From positions 14,632,001-14,696,000 of the forward strand of contig OZ336887.1 in the NCBI GenBank assembly GCA_965287045.1: 64,000 nucleotides of DNA, read 5' to 3'. Shown in pieces: positions 50,109-63,636 of the stretch. This DNA comes from Carcharhinus amblyrhynchos (Eukaryota). A program made the translations under genes and the position numbers. Position 1 is the stretch's first letter, and each line of letters starts with the position of its first letter. The notes below the pieces were generated by a model. That model searched no databases and had not been told where the DNA came from. It worked only from the letters and a program-made list of their open reading frames with translations.

Positions 50109-50789
50109 ACAGCAGCAGTTTTTTCCTTTCTCTCTCTGGATTTCGGTGTCCAGAAAGACTAACTGCCCTCCTTTGCGTCAAGATGAATTTCTACAGATTT
50201 TGGCCTGGGCCTTTTTCTCCAAATCTCATTGTCTGAAGCAGAGCTCAATATGCTTTTACTGTCTCCCATTTTAGGACATTCTAATCTACGATAAACGAAG
50301 GGAAACAGTTTGAAACATAACTGCCTACTCACAACTTACATTCATAACACTGTGCCTTTAGCTAGCTAAGCCTCATGCTCTTTCAGTTCACTAGTTAAAC
50401 CCCTCCATTTCTCACCTCCCTCTCCTCTAAGTCCTTCTCAAAGGCCAGCCCTTTCAAATAGCTTTTGGTTGCTCCAATGTCTCCTCCTTGGTGAGGTGTC
50501 CATTTTGTTCCTTACATCTTGAAAGCACTTTGGGATTGGTCTTTTCAATGTTAAAGGCCCTCTATCTTGCAAGTTGTTGTTGCTGCACAATTTTGTTGCA
50601 CATGATCATTAAAAAACGGTTGCTACAATTATTGAGATAATTGAAATTAGTAGTGGGGAATTCAATATTTTACCCTTAAAGGGCAGCAATCACATCTGTA
50701 TTTGGGATAAATGGTATACCATGCTTGGATGAAATTTACTTTTTTATTGTTCTGATGCATCTATCAAGCTGATGAGAATGGTGACCAGA

Positions 50790-51165
50790 AGAATAAATCT
50801 GTCAGCCCATTTTAGTTGGTTGCACCCTCAAACCTGAGTCAGAAGGTTATGGCTTCTATTCTGAAATCTGAGCCTTATGATGGAGTACCACACAAATGAG
50901 GATGATATACTTTGATGAGACACTCTATAAGAGTCCTGCCATGGCTGAATTTTCTGATGGAGATGCCATGCCTTTCTATTGAAAGAACAGCAAGTTCTCC
51001 AGGTTTCTGGACTGGAACTCTTCCCTCACACCAATGAACAAATCATTCACTCGTTGCTGCTGGGGGGATCTTGTTGTGCAGTCAGCTCTACCATATTCAC
51101 CGACATAACTTGTGCCAAATTGATTGTGCTTTGAGGCAGGTAACATGCTTTAAGAAATGCAAGTT
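50790..51165 (+). mobile_element. Deu/SacSINE-like SINE (degraded)
   Basis: ctgagtcagaaggtt head, gatgaga...gaaagaacagcaagttctcc core, gggatcttgttgtgca. Confidence 0.55.
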
Positions 51166-52559
51166 ACCAATGGATCAAAGATGGAGTTGATGTGGAATCT
51201 CAAAGAAATGCAAGAAAATATTTCTCCAGGGATAAAGATAGCATGAATAGCTTTACTGATTGTTTTTTACTGAATACTGATTTACCCACTCCACCACCCC
51301 ATTGATATACAGCTATTTTTTTCTTCTGTCATTATAGTAGAATTAACTTAAGTAAACAATGGTTTTAAATCTAGATGTAATGCTGAATTTTTACATTCCT
51401 TTTACATCAGTAGAGCTGTGAGTGCAGTCATTCAGCAGAAGCATGGATCAGCAGAATTGAAAAGATTTCTGTTCCTCTCCCTCTCCTCTGCCCATCAAGT
51501 TAGAGTGAAAAGTGGCTCCAATTCCCTGTAATTTCAGCTATTGCTCAATTTGAAAATGTTTTGTGCTGTCAGTTTGTATCCAGGGGCTGTTGGGAATGAG
51601 CCAGTGCAAACTCGCCTAAATCTTTAATCGATGACTGTTTATTTCAGCCGATTCTGATCACAATGATAAAAGGAAGGGATGCAAGTCAAGTAGTCCCAAG
51701 TGCATTAACTTCTTAATCAAATGTCAGGTTCAATCAATTAGCATCCATTATCTGTGTTAAGGTTTAATTTCCGTAAGCATCAATTTTGAGGTCTATCAAA
51801 ATGGCTGCCAGCAGTGTGATTTTCAATCAACAAGTTTGGCATGGGGCGGTTGTGGGGGGAGCACTCCAATTAAAACTCTCTTTTTCATCCTGAAATTGAA
51901 TTTGTAGGACTAAACTCTCAGTAAAATTTAGACTCTTCTGAAAATTAAACCTCCATTTAGTTTTACAACTAACAGCATATTTTTGTTTACGGAAATATGG
52001 TGAAACATAGGATAGTCTGGATCAAATAAATTTATTTGCGAGGAAAAGATCATCAGAATGGAAATTGCCTGAGATATGTATATTTTGAAACAAAACTAGC
52101 AGCAGGTTGTTAAATGATAATAATGGCTCGATGAGCACCTTAACTTGAAGGTCGTGTGGAGTGGAAATGCTGGCACAAACCTATTGGGCCAAATGACCTG
52201 ATTGTGGGCTGTAAATTGAATATGATTATATGTAATCCACTGAGAAAATCTATTCTCTCTGTTCAGTTCTTCTCAATAATCTGAGCTCTCTCCTGACTTG
52301 TCCTCCATCCTTACTGTCTGCCTGTGCACTAGCCTATTCCATTTTGAAATATATACTCAATCTTACTGCCTGAGACCAGTTTCACCCCCAAAGTGGGTGA
52401 TAGCCAATCAGCAGCCTGTTTTGCACCTTGCTGCATTAATTTTGGCAAACAGGATAGTGCAGGGAATATAGTGCATAGTACCGTGAAACATAATTGTTAA
52501 CCTCTTCATCGTTCCCCAGTTGTTGTCCTGAAGAAACTCTTACAAATTGCATGAATCTC

Positions 52560-52748
52560 TTTCCAAATCACTTCTTTCTGTTATCTCCCCACTCCCCCCC
52601 ACCCACCCATTTGACTTTTTCCTTTCTCTTTTTTTCTGTCTCTCCCCACTTAACTCTTTATTTTAATCTTTCTCTTGGCTTTTTTACTCTTATTCCCTCT
52701 CCCTTTCTCTGCCTCTTTCTCTCTCCACTCTCCCTACTCCCTTTCATT
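52560..52748 (+). repeat. Pyrimidine-rich low-complexity tract
   Basis: About 190 nt almost entirely C/T. Confidence 0.8.
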
Positions 52749-53591
52749 TCATGGTGCACTTTGTCATGAATTATGGACAATATAGACATGACTGCTGGTT
52801 CCAAATGACACTAACTTGTTATAAACTTTGATATTGTTCAGTGTCAGAAAGGACACAGTAAATTAAAATGACATGTTCAGAATTCACTACTTTTAGTTAT
52901 TTCAAAGATAGAAAACAGGTTTAGTTTTGAATTCAAAACTGAAGGGACAGTGGTAAAGGACACAAAATAAGACCTTGTTCGGCATTACTGAAGTTAATCA
53001 GATACACAACATATGCAAGCTGCCTCAGCCCATTGCCATATCCATAAATGCCACTTTGTGCCATCAGTGCTTAAATTGAAGGACACATAATCCTTGGTAG
53101 TATACCAGTTAAATGATGCCTTGTGTTACTCAGCCTCATAGATGTGCAAAGAAGGTCCCTGGTTTATGTCACATCAACTCATCCCTGTTGTTGGGCCACA
53201 CTATGGACAGAATTTCTGTTCCAGAGACTGAATTGGAATGACTTCCGCTGCAGAGCAGGCAGCTGAGCAAACACAACTGTTCAACTCCTTAATTATGCAG
53301 CCATGAGGATTATGCCAAATCTTGTGGCAGGTTGGGCAGTAAGTGCCCTTCCCAGCCGTCACTTCATAGGCTCCAACGTCTGGGTGTCAGAGTTGAACAG
53401 CATCTGGACAGCCATTCAACTCTTGCGTCTGCTGCTTGACTTTCCTTCCTTTCCCCCTCTCCCTCACCTGGCTCCCTAGTCATGCCTTGATCTTACCCTT
53501 CCTCTATGCCCAGCCTTGGCACAGCTTGTGCGACAGGCCGCTGATGTCTCTCAATGACACTGCGAAAGGCAGGCGAAAGCAGCATCCACGG

Positions 53592-53870
53592 AAGGCACGG
53601 TAGCACAGTGGTTAGTGCCGTTGCCTCACAGCACCAGGGAGCAGGTTTGATTCCTGGAGTGGGTCACTGTCTATGTGGAGTTTGCACGTTCTCCCCATGT
53701 CTGCGTGGGTTTCCTCCGGTGCTCCAGTTTCCTCCCACGGTCTGAAAGAAGTGCTGGTTAGGTGCATTGACCCAAACAGGTGATGGAGTGTGGCGCCTAG
53801 GAGAATTTCACGGTAACTTCATTGCAGTGTTAATGTAAACCTTACTGGGGCTAATGAATCAACTTTAAAA
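53592..53870 (+). mobile_element. HE1-like SINE
   Basis: ggcacggtagcacagtggttag head through the ttcattgcagtgttaatgtaa tail. Confidence 0.85.
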
Positions 53871-54737
53871 AAAACTTTTGACCTGGAAGTCCAGAAAGAA
53901 GTCGACCTCTCCAGGTGTACACCACTCAGGTTCACAATCATGAAACAGAACATTCTGAATTCCTGCTGGCTGGGTGTTACATTTGGCAAGGGGGTGGAAA
54001 ACAAGGGTGTGTTAGACTTTTAGTGAGCATTCATGAGATGCAAATGATGTTCCCAGTGCAGATCTGCAGATCTCTAGACCAGCCTTTAACCTGCCAGGAA
54101 TGCCAGGAGATCAAGATTCCAAACGAATTACAGGCGGGGGTGGAAAACTTTTCCCAACATGTCCTCGACATTCCTTAGTTACCCAGGTGTTAAAATGACT
54201 TGTTACTAACTACTGCTGACCATCCCCAACAGTCTGGCTGACAAGTGGCCATTTGTAAACTTTGAATAAAGAGTAATCAATTTCAGCTGTGGTGCCTCGC
54301 AACCGTCAATCCATCAACCCTTCCTGCACCATCGCTCCTGCCCCTATCAAATAGCCTCTTGACACTCACTAATCTGACTGGCTCACAAACTATGGCCACT
54401 GGAAAATTTGTCAAATAAGCCAGTATTTGTCATCATCTTCAGGAGTAGTGCGAAGAACATTAGGAGATAAACTGAAAATGAGCATGAAACAATGTAGTTT
54501 GAATGTGTGCTATGCTATTGGGACCTCCTGTATTAATTTCTTCAAAGGTCTAATCTTCGTCCTACTTGTATTATCGGACATTTAGAACACCACTTTCAAT
54601 GTGATGTTTGTGGCTGACATAACTCCCATCTGTCCCTTTTCCCCACATTTGAGATTCAGTTGTGATAGGAGAGGGATGAGAGCTGTTTGGTGTGATATTC
54701 ATTCAAATTGTCTTTTCCTTTTCCTTCCCTAATATAG

Positions 54738-54853
54738 AATAAACATTGTTTACTGGAAGCTGGACTAAGCTGCACAAGAGATTTAATTAAGAAGGACATC
54801 TATCCAATTATAATTGTCATTAAAGTCTGTGAGAAGAACATCAAACGATTCAG
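54738..54853 (+). CDS. CARD11: CARD11 coding exon (GUK)
   Basis: tatag|AATAAA...TTCAG|gtactg; 116 nt; [38 protein letters not shown](R). Not in the ORF track. Confidence 0.96.
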
Positions 54854-55796
54854 GTACTGTCTGATCCTTTCCACACTGGTGCCTTTAATTAGTTAAAGCT
54901 GCCATTTCCAATCAATGTTGCCAAATTAAACTTGCCTTGTTACATAGGGAGGGGCTAAAGATACTTCGTGGCTATTATAAAAAGGATTCCTTACATCTTT
55001 CTGTTAAAAGTCTCAGTTTTGACTTTCAACAATTCAAAATTTAATTGAGCACCCTAGGCAAGAAATGATATACGAACAGAGCACAAGTTGGAGATCGAGG
55101 CATTGTACTGAAGCTTTGATTCTCTGATCTATACCCTTTTTAAGTTCAGCACGCTTTCTGCAAGGGCAGCATGGGATTATTTTGATTGAAGGTACCAAAG
55201 CCTGTTTTAACTTAGGATGGGAATTTGATGTGTGGGGAGATGTTGTCATGTTGGGGTGACAGGCCCCCATGAAGTAATCGACATGAAGCATGGGCAATTT
55301 TAACTCCTGGGCCTTCACTTTAAAATGACTGATGAGCAACCTCCCAAAAGTGTACCATAACATGCAGCTCACCCACAATTTCTACCGAGGCCTACTTAAA
55401 GCAGGAATGTGCTTCTTAGAGTGAGAAAGCCTCACAATGAGTCCCTCTCCTGCCAACCCCAACCCTAAATTCAGATTGGCACCCTGGAGGAGGCTTAAGT
55501 GGAGGCGGTGAGGAATGGCCCAAATGAAACATCTGTGTTAAGTAGTATCTGAAAGGATTGGTGGCACCAGCATCATCCCAGAACTCAGCTCAATGCAGAG
55601 TGCAATCTGCTGACCTCTCAGGAGCAATAAGTGTGAGTTGCAAGTGTGCATTAAGTGTGGGCAGCACATGAAAGAAGCCAGCCATGCTACAAAGCCCCAA
55701 AATCTCCCCTATTGGCCATTGAGTTTAATGGGGAGTGTGATGACCTGTGAGAAGGATTCAGACTCAACAGATTATAATAGCATTCACTGAAAGTAA

Positions 55797-56708
55797 AGGA
55801 GCGGCAAATTGCACGGAGGGTGTGGAGAGTCTGCAGAAGGATCTAGATAGGCTGGGCGAATGGGCCAGGAACTGGCAAGTGGAATTTAATGTTGGCAAGT
55901 GCGAGGTGGTCCACTTTGGTAGGAATAATGGTAGGAAGGACTATTACTTACGTGGCGAAAAACTGCAGCAGGCGACGGTGCAGAGGGACCTCGGGGTCCT
56001 TGTGCATGAGTCGCAAAAACCCAGCCTGCAGGTGCAGCAGGTGGTCAGGAAGGCTAATGGGATGCTGGCCTTCATAGCGAGGGGGATTGAATATAAAAGT
56101 AGGGAGGTCTTGCTGCGGCTGTATAGGGCATTGGTGAGGCCACAACTGGAGTACTGTGTGCAGTTTTGGTCGCCGCACTTACGCAAGGATATTTTGGCCT
56201 TGGAGGGAGTGCAGAGGAGGTTTACTAGGCTGATACCGGAGTTGAGGGGGTTGAGCTATGAGGAGAGGCTGAATAAACTGGGCTTGTACTCGTTAGAGTT
56301 TAGAAGAATGAGGGGAGATCTCATTGAGACATATAAGATGATGAATGGGATGGATAGGATAGAGGTGGAGAGACTCTTCCCGCTCAGAAAGGACAGTAGG
56401 ACTAGGGAGCACAGCCTCAAGATAAAGGGGGGGCGGTTTAGAATAGAGTTGAGGAGGAAGTTCTTCACTCAAAGGGTGGTGAATCTCTGGAATTCTCTGC
56501 CCGTTGAGGTGGTGGAGGCTGCCTCGCTAAATATTTTTAAGACACGGGTTGATGGGTTTTTGATAAGCGGGGGGATTAAGGGTTATGGGGAGAGGGCGGG
56601 AATGTGGAACTGAGCCACGACAGATCAGCCATGATCTTATTGAATGGCGGGGAAGGCTCGAAGGGCTAGATGGCCTACTCCTGCTCCTATTTCTTATGTT
56701 CTTATGTT
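55797..56708 (+). mobile_element. Young 5'-truncated CR1 LINE (ORF2 C-terminus, 3' UTR and (TTCTTATG)n tail)
   Basis: Uninterrupted frame LQKDLDRLGEWARNWQVEFNVGKCEVVHFG...RDLGVLV...LEYCVQFWSP...RRMRGDLIETYK...FFTQRVVNLWNSLP to TGA at 56613, then gatcagccatgatc...ggcctactcctgctccta and tttcttatgttcttatgtt. Confidence 0.95.
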
Positions 56709-57086
56709 AAAACAATTAGTGTGGTTTGCACAACCACGCTGAAGTTTCACCAAAATAGTGCCTAGGTCAGGGGAACACAGTATCAAAATTTCCAGATGGC
56801 ACACCAGCGTGGTTAACCATGAAGGGAAACTGTGTGCAATGCAAGAAGCACAATTTAGCGGATTAGGCAGCGAAGCACTGAATTAAATTCAATGCAGAGA
56901 AATTGAGATAATATTTTCTTGAGAAAGTATAGGAAAGGAAATACAAATTAAGGAGTGAAATTTTAAAAGCATCAGAAGAACAAAGCCATAAATATTGAGG
57001 TATAGTCATTTTTAGAAGCAGGAGGATTCTTTTAAAGACAAAGGGCATAAATAAATAGGAACTTAAATATAAAGAGATAATTCTAA

Positions 57087-58790
57087 GGGCAGAATTCTCC
57101 CATTTTGAGATGAACACCGAAAACTTCTGTTCGTGGCCTGGATTCTCCAATTCACTGAAAAAGAATGGAGCCTTGGCTGGAATGCCAAATTTCTGTTCTC
57201 ACTTGCAGCTGGACAGGTATGGATGAAATCGAGGAATCCCACGCTGTGTGGTGATGAATGACTCTGGGGTCGTCTGTCCCACTGGCCAGAATGGCAAGCT
57301 CCTATGCCAGATTCTGCACTTGGAACCTCATTAATAATGCACAGGCAAATTCCCCTTCAAGTTCACCTGGCTGTCATCAGTTGGTGGGTTCAAAGGTCTC
57401 AGAAACCTTATTTAAATACCAATGCAGTGCACTCATTTCGCTCTCTCCACCCCACCTGGACTGCGCAGAATGTTAGCAACCCGTAGGGAAAATATTTGCA
57501 GCCTCGGGAAGAAGTCTGTTCCTCAATTCAACCATCCTATCCCCCTGAGCTCATCACGTGCGAGGCAGCCATGCTCCACTTGGGCCTCTACCCGTTGGTC
57601 GGGAGTCTTCATGCATTCCCTACCAGTAGACAATGTGGTGTTGCTTTGACTTCCTGTTTGTGAGCTTTTCATGTATACTTGACTGGATCCAGCTTCCCTC
57701 ACCTTGTTCTTCCCTCTGCCTTCCATTGTTTGCTTTCTTCATCAACTTCCTTGCCCTTCTGCTTGTCATCGTGAACCTTTGCTCTTCCCCACCTCCTTGC
57801 ACAGCCTTCCTTCCATATCGCCCCCACTTGCCTTCTACAGGCCCACCACCTCCTTCCCCACGCCCACCATCCCGCGGATCCATCGCGCACTTCAGCCCGG
57901 TGCCCAATTAGGAACTTCTGTTCCGGTGCCTGTATTAACCTGTCATTGGGAGAATTGCAACGTGGTTTTATTCCTGTGTGTTTCTGATGTTTTGGCTCCT
58001 GCTAGATTCTCCACTCCTGCTCACCACCAAATCTGCCATGGGCGGAATAAGGGAATTCCCACAGAGTGCTGGTTGAGGCAAGAAAATCGGTGTGCAGCTT
58101 GCAGGCTGGACAGCCAGCATTTCTGGACAGAAAACTGAACATTATGCACAGAAAAATCTGCGGGTGTTGCCCACAATGTCATATAGCTGGTGGAGCCAGA
58201 AAAAGTTGGCAGCCAGGAGTGCCAAGATCATGATGTTTCCAATCTCCAATAGAAAAGACAGGAACAACCCCAACCCCACCCACCCCCTGCCTCCCCTCAC
58301 CCAAGGACATGGAAATCTCCCCCCCCCCCCCCCCACCACTCAGCCCCCAAATGCATAACGGGAATCCCACAACAGAGCTCTTGATTGGGCCATCACCCCC
58401 TCCCCCAGCACTGCCCCACTGGGAGCAGTGCTAGGGGGCAATGCCAGGGTACTACCCAGGCATGTCTCTCTCTCTCTCTCCTCCCAGGGTTTATACATAC
58501 CATTGCACATCCAGCAGGTTCCATTCATCTAGTTCCTGTTTTTAATAAGTCAGAAACCTCACCGACATAATGTCACGTCAGTGAGGGAGGAATTCATTGT
58601 GTGGGGGGGACAATATGGTGGGGCAGCCCACTAATTATATGTCAATGTATTGAAATAAGATTCCCAATCTTCCTGGGCGCGAACCTCGTTCGGTTACCGG
58701 CAGGGGTGTGGAGATTGGGAAAATGAGATCTCAGCTGCGAAGTTCACATTTTCTGGGTCCGATATTTTTCGATCTCAGCAAATGGTGGAT
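57087..58790. mobile_element. Composite GC-rich non-autonomous DNA transposon region
   Basis: Starts TAA|GGGCAGAATTCTCCC and has poly-C and cactgcc/gcagtg motifs like 30817-31811. Right end unclear, with an unrelated insert at about 57480-57950. Confidence 0.45.
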
Positions 58791-60011
58791 CAAAACTGTG
58801 GTACATAAGTCTTTTGAATCACTGGGTGGGATCTTGTGTCCCCTTCCCCCTCCAACCAGGTGTGTTTTGCGGTGGCGGAGGCGGCTTGCCAGTGGTAGGA
58901 TCTTGCAGGCCTGCCATTGTCAACGGGTTTTCCCATTGTATGCACTCTAGGCTTGGGGGGGGTGGAGGGATGTTCCATGGACGGGACTGGACGATTACAT
59001 CCCATCCAATGTTTAGGCTCAGTGGAGATCAGAAAGTTGTGGGTTGAGCACAAATCTGGGATGATACTTCCATACCTTAATTATATGGGGGAGGGTGGGA
59101 ATTGAGAAACCGGCAAGTTTCATGGGAATAGTGAAGCTTGAGAGGACAACTGATAGAGGTGTTTGGAATGATAGAGAATTATAGCAAGTTAAATGGGGAA
59201 GAGCTACTTCATTGCACAATAATTAGAAAGCATAAAGTTATGAACATTACCAAAAGAAGGAAGGGAAAATATATATATTTACTTTATAATGCAAAATGTT
59301 GTTGAATATGAAAACCCTACCAGAATAGGAGCAGAATCCAGATTAGCTTTAAAAAGAAAAACGGATAAATAATTGAAAAAGAAAAGAATTAAAGGTTGCA
59401 ATAAAAGGGGCAGAGTAATGGGAATAAGTGACTAACTCTTTCCAAGAGTTAACACAATGGGATGGGCCAGATGGCTGCCTTCTGTGCTCTGAAGTCCAGT
59501 GATGCAATGGTAGGTCAGAAATCAGCACCTTGGAGAAAGATGAAGGTGTAACCCTAAACTTTCTACAAAGAAGCAAAAGTCGGAGGGCAAGTGTCCCCTG
59601 GCCAACTCCTCCTTTGCAATTCTCATGACTTTAATAATTATATCCTCAAAATCATGTTAAGTGTTCATAATCATAAAAGTTACAAATTTCTGTGCTGAAG
59701 GTTATATTACTGACCTTACTAATACATCTATTGATTCATTGCTTAGTCTCACCATTAAGACTGACTAGTTATCTAGTTTGGCTCTTGAAATGGCTTCTTA
59801 GCACAAAATGGCTTTTGACTATGTTAATGTTTATAATGCTAAATAACATGTTGATTCAGACTACAAAATGATAGTCACGCTTAAACTATTGATTTTTCAA
59901 ACTTCCAACACTACATTTTCTAGACCATCTTAAAATGTTGTCATGTTGTGCTGGTGACACTGAAATCAGATGTTTGACATTCATAAAGAGTTAAATGTAC
60001 CTAAATTACAG

Positions 60012-60219
60012 GAGACTGCCAGCAAAGCCAGACAGCGGTGAGGAAGAGTTCCTGAAGATCTGTCGTTCAAATGAGAGTGAGCTGGAGTCTCTCCCCTGCT
60101 TGTACGCAACAGTGGAAGCTGATGCATGGGGCAACATTAAGGAGCTCATCAAAATCATCAAAGAAAAAATAATTGAGGAGCAGAGGAAGACTGTCTGGAT
60201 CGACCAGGACCAACTCTAG
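60012..60219 (+). CDS. CARD11: CARD11 terminal coding exon (GUK C-terminus and stop)
   Basis: tacag|GAGA...CTCTAG; [68 protein letters not shown] vs human ...EEQRKTIWVDEDQL*. Confidence 0.97.
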
Positions 60220-61349
60220 ATTTTACTGAGTTACTGCAGGATTTGACCCAGTGTTAAATCCCCTGCCATTCACAGACTTGCAAACTGTAAGCCAGTTTTG
60301 CAGGGGAGACACCCAGTTGACGTTTTTTGTGACATTTGGGTGAGTCAGATAGTTCTGTTTGAACTAATGCTCAGAACAATACTGAGTGCAAATGAAAACT
60401 TGCAGTTTGAAAGATGAATGACGCAATGGAAATGCGCTTTCATATCAGTGGCTTCCCAAAGCCTACTTGAGTTATGGACGAAGGTGACTGTGATCATTGC
60501 ATCACTTGTTAAGAGAGGATGCCACTGAGAGAATTCTCATGTTTTAATGCTTTTCCTGTTCCTCTAGCTTACACGGTTGCAAGTTCCGGTTTAGTCTGGG
60601 GTTCTTGACTGCGCACTCACAGCCAAGAGAAGCGATCAGCCTTTTGATCCATCGGACCTTACCACTCTGGCAACTCAGTCATCCAGTATCTCATCCAATT
60701 ATGATACTACAAAGAGATTGAGGGGATTATATCCGTGTAGATTGTGCTACTCTAAGAAGAGCTAGGTTGAGTGGGGAATTACACTGGTAATCTTACCCAA
60801 CAATGCATTACTGCTGTTGGTGAATCACGGTTACAAGAGATTCCAGAGGAAGTTGTATCCTGTGCCCTAAACTCCAGACAAAACAAAGTAGTGCGTTAGA
60901 GAGTCACAGCATGGAAACCGGCCCTTCAGCACAACTTGCCCACGCCACTCCTTTTTTTAAATGACTAAGCTAATCCCAATTGTCCGTGTTTGGCCCATAC
61001 CCTTCTATACCCATTTTACCCATCCAAGTAACATTGGAGTGGGGGATATTTATTTCTAAGCAAACAGGCTTATGATGTTACTTTACCTGAAACATAAAGA
61101 GAATCTCCTCTTGTGCGATTTATAATTTTTGTAATGGAGAGGAATTGAAGAAGTCAGGGGAGGAAAAGCACTTGAAAAAATTATGGGTTAGGATGTCCAT
61201 GCAGGTTCCCTGATCTCCCACTGGAAGGAGGGCAGAAATCCCACAGCACAAATAGTATTCCCATTTTTACAGCGTTTTCACCAAGAGAGATTAGAAGAAG
61301 TCAGTTGTCAAAATGAATTATGCATTCAGCTGCCTTGTGCATTTTCTTA

Positions 61350-63630
61350 CAGAATAGAAGCAGAATTAGGACCCCTCAGCCCTCGAGCCAGCTCCATCAT
61401 TCAATAAGATCATGGCTTATCAAGACTGCATCTACCTCTGCCTTAAAAATATGTAAAGACTCTGCTTTCACTTCATGAAGAGGGTTCCAAAGACTGAGGG
61501 CCCTCTGATTTCTCCTCTTCTTTGAATTAAATGGGTGACACCCTATTTTTAAATAATCACTCCTGTTTCTCGATTCTCTCACAAGAAGAAACAATCTTTC
61601 CACATCCACGGTATTATGACTTCTCAGGACTTTGTATGTTTGCCTCCTGCTCTTCTAAACTCCAGTGGATATAAGCCTACCCATCCAACCGTTCCTCATA
61701 CAGCCCACCCACCCCTGTTCTTAATCCAATCAACCTTCTCTGAATTGCTTCCAAAGCATTTACATCCTTAAGTAAAGTGACCAATACTGCACATAGCACT
61801 CCAAATGTGGTCTCACTTGCGCTGTACATAACTGAAGCATAACCTCCCTACTTTAATATTTGCAATATATGATAACTTTCCGATTCCTTGCTACACCTGC
61901 ATACTAGCTTTTTGTGATTCATGGACTAAGACACCCAGATTCCTCTGAATCTCAGAATTCTGCAGTCTCTTACTATTTTGATAATATGCTTCTATTTCAT
62001 TCTTCCTGCCAAAATGAATAATTTTCCTTTTTCCCCATTTAATATTCCATTTGCAAGAACTTTGCAACTCACTCACATATATCAATTTTTAGCCTCCTTA
62101 TATCCTTTTTGACAACTTACTTTGTGTCATCAGCAAATTCAGCAACCATACCTTTGCTCCCATCATCCAAATAATTTATGCAGGTTGCGATTCCAGCACT
62201 GATCCCTGTGGCACACCATTCACTACATCTTGTCAACCTGAAAATGACCCATTTATGCCTCCGTTTCCCGTTAACTAGCTGTCCATGCCAATATGTTCAC
62301 AAAATTGTTATGGTGTAGTGGACAGCCATTCACCCCATCATGTCTGCACTCTCCAAATGAGCATTATGAGTTAAAATGCCCCTGCAACAGGAGCTTTTAT
62401 TTCCTGCAATAACCTTTGATGAGGCAACCTATCAAATACCTAAGTACACTATCCACTAGAACCCCTTTATCCATAGCAGATGTTACTTCTTGAAAGGAGT
62501 CCAATGGATTGATTAAATGTGATTTCCCTTTCACCAAACCATATTGACTCTTCTTGGTTACTTTAGAGTTTTCTAAGTGACCTGCCAAAACATAATAGCT
62601 TCTAACATTTTCCCTATGACAGTTGTCAAAATAACTGGCCTGTAGTTTCTTGCTTTCTGTCCCATTTCCTTTTTAAATAATGAGGTTACATTTGCTATTT
62701 TCCAATCTCATAGAATCTTGGAAATTTTGGAAAATTTAAACCAATTATCAACTATCTCACTAGTCACTTCTTTAAGACCCTAGGATGAAATCCATCAGGA
62801 TCTGGGGACTTGTCAGCCCACAACTCCAACAATTTACTCAGAATCACAGAATCCTACAGTTTGGAAGAGACCCTTCAGCCCGTTGAGTCTGCACCAACGA
62901 ATGAAAGACCCTGACCTGCCTTCCTAATCCTATTTGCCAGCACTTGGCCCATAGCCTTGAATGTTATGGCGTGCCAAATACTCATCCAGGTACTTTTTAA
63001 AGGATGTGAGGCAATTTGCTTCCACCACCCTCCCACTATCACTCAGTACCACTTCTCTGATGATTGTAATTTTCTTGAGTTCCTCCCTCTCTTTGATCTG
63101 ATATACAGCTATTTCTAGTGTGTTACTTGAATTCTCTGTAGTGAAGACCAATGCAAAATAACTGTTCAATGCATCTGCCATCTGCTTATTTATTCTCCAG
63201 ACTCGCTTTCTGTTGGACCAACATTCACTTTATTAACTCTTTTACTTTTTAAATATTTATGGAATCTTTATTTCGTTTTACACTTCCAGCTAGTGTTCCC
63301 TTGTACTCTTAATTTTTCTCTCCTTATGGACCTTTTAGTCCTGTCTTTGGAATTTTTCTTTCCCATTGGAATGCATCCAGTCAGTGTATTCTGAAATAAC
63401 CCCCTAAATGTGTGCCAATGCATTGCTGTTGACCTATCCCTTAACCTAATTTACCAGTTCACTTTAGCAAGCTCTGCATTCATATTCTCATAATTGTCCT
63501 TACTTAAATTTAAATTACTAGACTTAGGCCCGCTCCTGTATTCTTAAAACTGAATGTAAAATTCAGTCATATTATGATAACTGATACTGGGGTTCTCTTT
63601 CATTATGAAATAATGAATTAATTCCATCTC
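61350..63630 (-). mobile_element. Old degraded CR1 LINE (antisense, downstream of the CARD11 stop) with a nested CR1 tail at about 62845-63035
   Basis: Minus ORF pieces MADALNSYFALVFT, KSQYGLVKGKSHLIN, QRNLGVLVHESQKASMQV and VERLFLLVRESRNR appear in CR1 ORF2 order, with many stops. Confidence 0.85.
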
Positions 63631-63636
63631 GTTGCA

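Noticed and set aside
55747-56613. 288-aa ORF as a host gene or complete reverse transcriptase
   Set aside because: It is only the C-terminal part of CR1 ORF2, starting after the catalytic YADD/FADD motif. The first 17 or so codons are flanking DNA read in frame from a GTG.
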